From NCBI GenBank assembly GCA_005887685.1, contig VBHJ01000015.1, positions 2,540 through 66,539 of the forward strand: a stretch of 64,000 nt of DNA, read 5' to 3'. The stretch is from Chloroflexota bacterium (GTDB lineage: Bacteria; Chloroflexota; Dormibacteria; Dormibacterales; Dormibacteraceae). Positions within the stretch are counted from its first letter, which is position 1. Each line of letters begins with the position of its first letter. Made by a program: the position numbers and the translations under genes. Below, in pieces: positions 57,997 through 64,000 of this stretch. The notes beneath the pieces are model-generated. The model made no database searches. It was not told the DNA's origin and saw only the letters and a program-made list of their open reading frames with translations.

Positions 57997-60108
57997 GTGG
58001 CGGTCGGAGCCCACCCCGAACCCGAACCTTTGCCTGTCCTCGCGCTGGCCAGCTCCCGATACATCAATCGCGAGCTGTCTCGGCTCGACTTCGACGAACG
58101 CGTGCTCGCGATGGCCGAGGATGAGCGGCTGCCGCTCCTGGAGCGGGTGCGTTTCCTCGCCATCTTCAGCCAGAACCTGGATGACTTTTTCCAGGTCCGA
58201 GTCGCGGGGTTGAAGGAGCAGGTGCTGGCGGCCGTGGCCGTGGCGTCGCCGGACGGCATGTCGCCGCTCGAGCAGCTCAAGGCGATCCGAAATCGCGTCG
58301 AGGGTCTGGTCGACCGGCAGGTCAACATCTACAACCGCGGCATCGTCCCCGCCCTGGCCGAGGCGGGTATCTCCGTGGTCAGAGCGGAAGACATGAGCAA
58401 GAGAGAGCTCAGCCAGCTCCACACGGTGTTCCGAGAGCAGATCTTCCCGGTCCTCACACCGCTCGCGGTCGATCCGGGTCACCCGTTTCCATACATCTCC
58501 CACCTGTCGCTGAACCTGGCGGTTCGAGTGCGCGACCCACAGCGGAAGCAGCCTCGCTTCGCGCGCGTGAAGGTGCCGCCTGTCCTTCCGCGATTCATCC
58601 CGCTGATCGACGGTGAGCGCTACATGCCGCTCGAGGACGTGATCGCGCTCCACCTGCCGGCGCTGTTTCCAGGCATGGAGATCATCGCCCACTACCCCTT
58701 CCGCGTCACGCGCGATGGCGACCTCGATGACGTGGACAGCGACGCGGAAGACCTCCTGGCCGCGATCCAAACCGAGCTGCGACGGCGGCGCCGCCACGCT
58801 CGCGTGGTGAGGCTCGAGGTCGATCCACGAATGTCATCCGAGGTGCTGGAGCTGCTGATGCGCGAGCTCGAGCTGCAGCCCGCCGATGTGTACCAGATCG
58901 ACGGATTGCTCGACATGGGAAGTCTTTCACTGCTGACGCAGCTCGACCGTCCTGACCTCAAAGAAGAGACCTGGACGCCGACCACCCAACCTCGGCTGCG
59001 CGGCATCGCTGCAGAGGTGCCCGACCTTTTCGCCGTGCTCCGCGCGGGTGACGTCCTGGCGCATCACCCGTATGACTCGTTCGCCACGTCGGTCGAAGCC
59101 TTCATCGATCACGCGGCAGGCGACCCTGAGGTGCTGGCGATCAAGCAGACGCTCTACCGCACGTCCGGCCCCGCGAGCCCGATCGTGCGCGCGCTGATCC
59201 GTGCCGCCGAGCGCGGCAAGCAGGTGGTGGCGCTCGTCGAGATCAAGGCTCGCGGCGACGAGCAGGCGAACATCGGGTGGGCGCGGGCGCTTGAGGAAGC
59301 CAACGTGCACGTGGTGTACGGGCTTTTGGGCCTGAAGACGCACGCGAAGGTGACGCTTGTCGTGAGGCGTGAAGGCGGCCACATCCAGCACTACCTCCAC
59401 GTCTCGACCGGCAACTACAACCCGAACACCGCGCGAATCTACGAGGACGTCAGCCTTCTCTCCGCGGACTCTGACCTCGGAGCGGATGTGACCGAGCTGT
59501 TCAACCTGCTGACCGGGTACAGCCGGCAGAGCCGCTATCGCAAGCTGCTGGTCGCCCCCACCAACTTGCGATCCGGGATCACCCAGCTCATAGAACGCGA
59601 AGGCGTCGTGGGCGGCCGCATCATCATCAAGGTCAACAACCTGATCGACCCCGAGATCATCGATGCGTTGTACTCGGCGTCGCAGGCCGGCGCGCAGATC
59701 GATCTCCTGATCCGGAGCATGTGCTCGCTGCGCCCCGGCGTGTCAGGCCTTTCGGAGCGGATCCATGTTCGCTCGATCGTCGGCCAGTTCCTGGAGCATT
59801 CGCGCATCTTTTCTTTCGGCAACGGCGGACGGCCCGAGTATTACCTCGGCTCGTCGGACTTGATGCCGCGCAACCTCGACCGCCGTGTCGAAGCGGTGGT
59901 GCCGGTCACAGACTCCAAGCTGCGTCAGCGCCTGCAGCAGATCCTCGATGTCTCGCTGGCGGACGACGTGCTCGCCTGGGAGCTGGGACCCGATGGTGGA
60001 TGGCACAAGGTGCCCACGGCCCGCGGTCTCAACTCGCACAATCGTTTCAAGGAGCTCGCGCTGGAGAGCGCTCACGGCAATGGTTTGAACGGCGTACCGC
60101 ATGTCTAG
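57997..60108 (+). CDS. ppk1: Polyphosphate kinase 1
   Basis: YINRELSRLDFDERVL, RFLAIFSQNLDDFFQVRV, two PLD-like HxK regions (GLKTHAKV), and a 703-aa length. Confidence 0.95.
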   Translation: MAVGAHPEPEPLPVLALASSRYINRELSRLDFDERVLAMAEDERLPLLERVRFLAIFSQNLDDFFQVRVAGLKEQVLAAVAVASPDGMSPLEQLKAIRNRVEGLVDRQVNIYNRGIVPALAEAGISVVRAEDMSKRELSQLHTVFREQIFPVLTPLAVDPGHPFPYISHLSLNLAVRVRDPQRKQPRFARVKVPPVLPRFIPLIDGERYMPLEDVIALHLPALFPGMEIIAHYPFRVTRDGDLDDVDSDAEDLLAAIQTELRRRRRHARVVRLEVDPRMSSEVLELLMRELELQPADVYQIDGLLDMGSLSLLTQLDRPDLKEETWTPTTQPRLRGIAAEVPDLFAVLRAGDVLAHHPYDSFATSVEAFIDHAAGDPEVLAIKQTLYRTSGPASPIVRALIRAAERGKQVVALVEIKARGDEQANIGWARALEEANVHVVYGLLGLKTHAKVTLVVRREGGHIQHYLHVSTGNYNPNTARIYEDVSLLSADSDLGADVTELFNLLTGYSRQSRYRKLLVAPTNLRSGITQLIEREGVVGGRIIIKVNNLIDPEIIDALYSASQAGAQIDLLIRSMCSLRPGVSGLSERIHVRSIVGQFLEHSRIFSFGNGGRPEYYLGSSDLMPRNLDRRVEAVVPVTDSKLRQRLQQILDVSLADDVLAWELGPDGGWHKVPTARGLNSHNRFKELALESAHGNGLNGVPHV

Positions 60109-60114
60109 ACCACA

Positions 60115-61623
60115 TTGATCGAACGTGAGGTGAAGCTCGGGGCAGGCCCCGCGTTCCACCTCCCGGACCTGGCGGGAGTCATCGACGGCGTCGCCGTCGG
60201 GCCCTCGGAGACCGTACGCCTCGAGACCGTTTACTACGACACGCCCGACCTGCGCCTCGCGCGCTGGGGCGTCTCGTTGCGGCACCGTGCCGGCGAAGGC
60301 TGGACGCTCAAGCTGGCGACTCCGCCGTCTGCTCCCGGCAAGCCGGCCGCAGTGCTGGAACGGGCCGAGCTGACATTCCAGGGCCGTTCCAGGAAGCCAC
60401 CGGACGCCGCGCTCGAGGTCGTTCGCGCATACGTGCGCAAAGCGGAGCTGGTGCCGGTTGCCCGGCTGTCGACCGTACGTCACCGGATCCGACTCGTCGA
60501 CGGAAACGGGGTGCGCGTGGCCGAGGTGGTGGATGACGAGGTCTCGGTGCGCGATGGAAGGCGAGTCGCAGCGCGTTTTCGCGAGATCGAAGTCGAGGTC
60601 GCCGGCCAGAACGGCGCGGACAGCACGGACGGGATCATCACTCCGCTCGTCACGAGGCTCCGCGGAGCGGGTGCCGGAGCTCCTGACCCGACGCCCAAGC
60701 ACATCAGGGCCCTCGGCCCGCGCGCCATCGAGCCGCCTGAGGTTGCACCCGAGCCACTCCTCCCCAACGCCCCGGCAAGAGACGTCATCCGAAACGCGCT
60801 GGCCGAGTCGGTCGCCGCCATCCTGCACAACGACCCGTTGGTGCGAACAGGCCGGGACCCCGAAGCCGTGCATCAAGCCCGGGTTGCGACGCGCAAGCTG
60901 CGGTCCAATCTGCGCACCTTCGGACCGCTGCTCGACCTGGAATGGACCGAGCCGCTACGGTCCGAGCTCGGCTGGCTCGCGATGAGTCTTGGCGCGGTGC
61001 GCGACCGCGAGGTGCTGCTCGAAAGGCTGCGCGAACGCGCCCAAGCGCTGCCGGCCAACGACACGCGGTCCGCAGCCTCGCTGCTCCAACTGCTGGCCAG
61101 CGAGATCGATGGGCTGCGCAACCAGCTCGCCGTCGATCTCGATTCGCAGCGATACATCGACCTGCTCGAGAACCTGGTCGCTTCCGCCCACTCGCCGGCC
61201 ACGCTGCCAGAGGCCGATCAGCCCGCGAGCGCGGTGTTGCCCGCCCTGGCCACGACACCCTGGCGGCGGTTGCGCTCGGCGGTTCGCCAGCTGCCTGAGA
61301 CGCCGACCGACCCCGAGCTCCACCGCATCCGCATCCTCGCCAAGCGCACTCGCTATGCGGCGGAGGCCGTTGCGCCGGTGGCAGGGCCGGGCGCGGAGGC
61401 CTTTGCCAGGGCCGCGGCAAAGCTGCAGACCATCCTGGGCGAGCACCAGGACAGCGTCACCGCGCAGGCCTGGTTGCGGGCCGCCAGGGTGAGCGGCCGG
61501 CGCGCTTTCGTAGCCGGTGAGCTGATCGCTCTGGAGGGGATCGCGGCTGCCGCGGCGAGGGCGAAGTGGCGCAAGGTCTGGAATTCGCTGGACCGCAAGC
61601 GCCTTCGCGAATGGATGCCCTGA
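60115..61623 (+). CDS. CYTH (triphosphate tunnel metalloenzyme) + CHAD domain protein
   Basis: N-terminal EREVKL (ExExK) and CHAD helices VHQARVATRKLRSNLRTF and LHRIRILAKRTRYAAE. It ends ATG CCC TGA at 61615-61623. Confidence 0.85.
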   Translation: MIEREVKLGAGPAFHLPDLAGVIDGVAVGPSETVRLETVYYDTPDLRLARWGVSLRHRAGEGWTLKLATPPSAPGKPAAVLERAELTFQGRSRKPPDAALEVVRAYVRKAELVPVARLSTVRHRIRLVDGNGVRVAEVVDDEVSVRDGRRVAARFREIEVEVAGQNGADSTDGIITPLVTRLRGAGAGAPDPTPKHIRALGPRAIEPPEVAPEPLLPNAPARDVIRNALAESVAAILHNDPLVRTGRDPEAVHQARVATRKLRSNLRTFGPLLDLEWTEPLRSELGWLAMSLGAVRDREVLLERLRERAQALPANDTRSAASLLQLLASEIDGLRNQLAVDLDSQRYIDLLENLVASAHSPATLPEADQPASAVLPALATTPWRRLRSAVRQLPETPTDPELHRIRILAKRTRYAAEAVAPVAGPGAEAFARAAAKLQTILGEHQDSVTAQAWLRAARVSGRRAFVAGELIALEGIAAAAARAKWRKVWNSLDRKRLREWMP

Positions 61624-61624
61624 C

Positions 61625-62089
61625 ACGCGTACGTTTTACGTCGTCCGCCACGCCAAGGCGGGGAGCCGCACCCACTGGTCGGGCGACGACCGTCTCCGCC
61701 CGCTGAGCACCAAAGGAAAAAATCAGGCCGAGGAGCTCGTGGCGGCCCTGAAAGCTTTTCGAATCTCCGACATCTTTTCGAGCCCCTACGTGAGGTGCGT
61801 GCAGACAGTCGAGCCACTCGCGCGTGCGCGGCGGCTCAAGGTCAAACCGTCGCCGTCGCTCGAAGAAGGGCATGGCCTCGAGGGCTTGACCGAGTTCCTC
61901 GGCGATCGATCGCTGGACGAGGTCGTGCTCAGCACCCACGGCGACATAATCTGGGAGCTGGTCGAAGACCTGGTCGAACGCGAGGTCATCAAGGCCGGGG
62001 AAGGCGGATACGAGAAGGGCTCGACGTGGGTGCTCCAGGTGGACGAGCACGGCGTCGCGGAGCGAGCGCGCTACATCGCGGCTCCGTGA
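61625..62089 (+). CDS. SixA/MutT1-C-terminal-type histidine phosphatase; the initiation mechanism is unresolved (no canonical start before the catalytic RHA)
   Basis: TRTFYVVRHAKAGSRTHWSGDDRLRPLSTKGKNQAEEL...SSPYVRCVQTVEPLA...LSTHGD. The first ATG/GTG/TTG in this frame is GTG 61739, downstream of the catalytic His. Confidence 0.7.
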   Translation, partial: TRTFYVVRHAKAGSRTHWSGDDRLRPLSTKGKNQAEELVAALKAFRISDIFSSPYVRCVQTVEPLARARRLKVKPSPSLEEGHGLEGLTEFLGDRSLDEVVLSTHGDIIWELVEDLVEREVIKAGEGGYEKGSTWVLQVDEHGVAERARYIAAP

Positions 62090-62754
62090 TCGACGCGCTA
62101 CGGCGGGAGATGAGGGCCGTGGCCAATCCTCAAAAGGCGTCTGGTATGCAGGCCTATATGAAATCGACCATGCCCTACTACGGAATCAACCTCCCCCAGG
62201 TCAGGGCGATCAGCCGCAGGGTCTTCGACGGATCGGAGATGAGCTGCGACGAGTGGCGCAAAACGATCCTCGAGCTGTGGCGCGGGGCTCGCTACCGCGA
62301 GGAGCGCTATGCGGTCCAGGTCCTGCTCACGATGAGGCGCCATGCCGGCTGTCTCACGCCATCCGACATGCCGATGCCGGAGGAACTCGTCACGACCGGC
62401 GCATGGTGGGATCACGTCGACGAGCTTGCTGCGGTGATCGGCGAGCTGCTGCGAAAACATCCGAAACGAATCCGGCCCGTGATGCGGCGTTGGAGCACCG
62501 ACGCGAACATGTGGAAGCGGCGCGTCTCGATCATCTGTCAGCTGCGGTTCAAAGGCGATACCGATCTCGAGCTTCTGTACAGGAACATCGAGCCCAACCT
62601 CGCCGACCGTGAATTCTTCATTCGAAAGGCGATCGGATGGGCGCTGCGGCAGTATGCGTGGACGGATCCGAAAGAGGTGGCGCGGTACGTACGCGGGCAC
62701 GAGGCTCAGCTGAGCGGCCTGAGTCGCCGCGAAGCGCTCAAGAACATCGGCTAA
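62086..62754 (+). CDS. DNA alkylation repair protein (AlkD-like HEAT-repeat family)
   Basis: MQAYMKSTMPYYGINLPQVR, NMWKRRVSIICQL and FIRKAIGWALRQY. GTG 62086 overlaps the upstream TGA (GTGA). Confidence 0.8.
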   Translation: MIDALRREMRAVANPQKASGMQAYMKSTMPYYGINLPQVRAISRRVFDGSEMSCDEWRKTILELWRGARYREERYAVQVLLTMRRHAGCLTPSDMPMPEELVTTGAWWDHVDELAAVIGELLRKHPKRIRPVMRRWSTDANMWKRRVSIICQLRFKGDTDLELLYRNIEPNLADREFFIRKAIGWALRQYAWTDPKEVARYVRGHEAQLSGLSRREALKNIG

Positions 62755-62766
62755 CGTAAGGCCGAC

Positions 62767-62811
62767 GTGACGGTCACGCTGCGCGGCGCTGCACCGAGGG
62801 TCCACCCATGA
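62767..62811 (+). promoter_or_regulatory. 14-codon upstream ORF created by a duplicated hutH start region; its TGA overlaps the hutH ATG
   Basis: GTG ACG GTC ACG CTG CGC GGC GCT GCA CCG AGG GTC CAC CCA TGA. The 24-nt stretch 62768-62791 is identical to 62809-62832, at a 41-nt offset. Confidence 0.4.
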
Positions 62812-64000
62812 CGGTCACGCTGCGCGGCGCTGGGCTTACCGAAGACCAGGTCGTGGCCGTGGCCCGTCAGGGCGAGCAGGTCGTCCTCGCCGCCGCGGCA
62901 CGCACGAAGATGGAGCGCAGCCGCACGCGCGTCGAGCGGGCGGCCGCGTCGCGCGAGCCGGTCTACGGCGTGTCGACCGGGTTCGGTGCTCTCGCCGGCA
63001 CGCGCGTCGCTCCGCTGCGCCAGCCCGAGCTGCAGCTGGCGCTCATCCGGTCCCACGCCGCGGGTGTCGGGCCTCCGGTCGACCGGGAGGTCGTCCGCGC
63101 GACGATGCTCTTGCGCGCCCGCACCCTTGCCATGGGCATGTCGGGCGTCAGGCCGCTCCTGGCCGACGCGCTGATCGCGATGCTCAACGAGGGGATCACG
63201 CCCCTGGTGCCGCGCTACGGTTCGGTCGGCTGCAGCGGCGACCTCGCGCCGCTGGCGCACATCGGGCTGGCGCTTGTCGGCGAGGGTGAGGTGGTGGACG
63301 CGCAGGGCGGGCGCCGGAGCGCGGCTCAGGCGCTCAAGTCGGCCCGGCTCAAGGCGGTCAAGCTCGAAACCAAGGAGGGTCTCGCGCTGATCAACGGGAC
63401 CGACGGAATGCTGGGGATGCTGCTCCTGGCGTGCGCCGACGCCGAACTACTGCTCAAAACCGCCGACGTCACGGCAGCGATGTCCGCCGAGGCCCTTCTC
63501 GGCACCGACCGCACCTTTCAGTCGCGGCTGCAAGAGGTCAGGCCGCACCCCGGTCAGGCCGCGAGCGCGGCCAACCTCACGCGGTTGATGAGCGATTCCC
63601 AGATCGTGGCCTCACACCGGCATTCCCAGCACGCTGTCCAGGACTCGTACTCGGTGCGATGCAGCCCCCAGGTCGCGGGGGCGGCGCGAGACACGCTCGA
63701 CTTCGCGCGCCGTATCGCCGAGGTCGAGCTCTCATCGACGATCGACAACCCAATCGTGATGGAGAACGGCGACGTCGAATCGAACGGCAACTTTCACGGC
63801 GAGCCGCTGGCTTTCGCTGCCGACTTCCTCGCCATCGCGGCGGCCGAGGTCGGATCGATCGCTGAACGGCGCGTCGACCGCCTGCTGGATCCGCATCGCT
63901 CGCAGGGCCTGCCGCCCTTCCTCGCCGAAGAGCCTGGCGTGAACTCGGGCCTGATGGTCGCGCAGTACACCGCCGCAGCACTCGTCGCCGAGAACCGGCG
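62808..64000 (+). CDS. hutH: Histidine ammonia-lyase, 5' part (runs off the right edge; absent from the ORF track)
   Basis: My own translation gives MTVTLRGAGLTEDQVVAVARQG...VYGVSTGFGALA...GSVGCSGDLAPLAH...ALINGTDG...QDSYSVRCSPQV...NFHGEPLAFAADF...GLMVAQYTAAALVAENR. GAGGG lies 7 nt before the ATG. The MIO tripeptide is Cys-Ser-Gly at 63231-63239. Confidence 0.9.
   Translation, partial: MTVTLRGAGLTEDQVVAVARQGEQVVLAAAARTKMERSRTRVERAAASREPVYGVSTGFGALAGTRVAPLRQPELQLALIRSHAAGVGPPVDREVVRATMLLRARTLAMGMSGVRPLLADALIAMLNEGITPLVPRYGSVGCSGDLAPLAHIGLALVGEGEVVDAQGGRRSAAQALKSARLKAVKLETKEGLALINGTDGMLGMLLLACADAELLLKTADVTAAMSAEALLGTDRTFQSRLQEVRPHPGQAASAANLTRLMSDSQIVASHRHSQHAVQDSYSVRCSPQVAGAARDTLDFARRIAEVELSSTIDNPIVMENGDVESNGNFHGEPLAFAADFLAIAAAEVGSIAERRVDRLLDPHRSQGLPPFLAEEPGVNSGLMVAQYTAAALVAENR

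Noticed and set aside
63231-63239. The hutH MIO-forming tripeptide is Cys-Ser-Gly and not the usual Ala-Ser-Gly.
   Set aside because: As far as I recall, the family signature tolerates Ser/Ala/Cys at this first position. This is a known minor variant, not evidence of a new activity.
1-64000. A scan for CRISPR arrays, rRNA, IS elements or transposases, phage genes, toxin-antitoxin pairs and known defence-system genes.
   Set aside because: I saw no regularly spaced direct repeats, no transposase, integrase or recombinase motifs, and no characteristic defence-gene combinations. Lhr and the Clp_N/UVR protein occur here in ordinary housekeeping contexts.

Overview
GC-rich bacterial chromosomal DNA with GGAGG ribosome-binding sites and many ATGA/GTGA/TTGA stop-start overlaps. 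The gene content (Lhr, PPK1, CcdA, Flp pilin, pcaHG) looks like a high-GC Gram-positive-type lineage, but I cannot assign taxonomy from sequence alone. nt 1-19483 is the 3' part of one giant ORF (at least 6,486 codons, open at the left edge). It encodes a mosaic surface protein: a CBM-like jelly roll, GGxGxD beta-helix segments, two PPC-like domains and Calx/cadherin-like stretches. It also carries at least 15 diverged copies of a ~90-110-aa module (G-[DE]-x-W-x-[LV]-x-[LV] ... IAxxLA) that I cannot place in a named family, then a genuine RTX nonapeptide block, Ig-like domains and a helical C-terminus. The remaining 44 kb holds about 50 mostly ordinary genes. These are: an OsmC-family gene with an in-frame TGA exactly at the peroxidatic Cys (candidate selenoprotein, split in the ORF track); pcaHG; a LIV-type ABC importer plus MarR; a divergent 8-gene amine/amide catabolic cluster (RpiR, class-III aminotransferase, PaaK-like ligase, RutB-like hydrolase / APC permease, PuuD-like, GS-like, SDR); AzlCD; MFS; GNAT; PepF; CcdA; Lhr; tRNA-Pro(GGG); YciI plus ECF-type sigma; an ABC-2 exporter plus LysR; a Flp pilin small ORF absent from the track; a GH13 glucosidase; ppk1-CYTH/CHAD-histidine phosphatase; an AlkD-like gene; and the 5' part of hutH (also absent from the track because it has no stop in the window). 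I saw no rRNA, CRISPR, transposase or integrase. The other points worth follow-up concern translation starts. Three genes have conserved N-termini that lie upstream of any ATG/GTG/TTG: two with TAA-N9-ATC, and one directly after a CCC-TGA-C site that could support a +1 frameshift. Two nitrogen-catabolic genes (GS-like, hutH) are preceded by duplicated start regions that create stop-start-coupled mini-ORFs.
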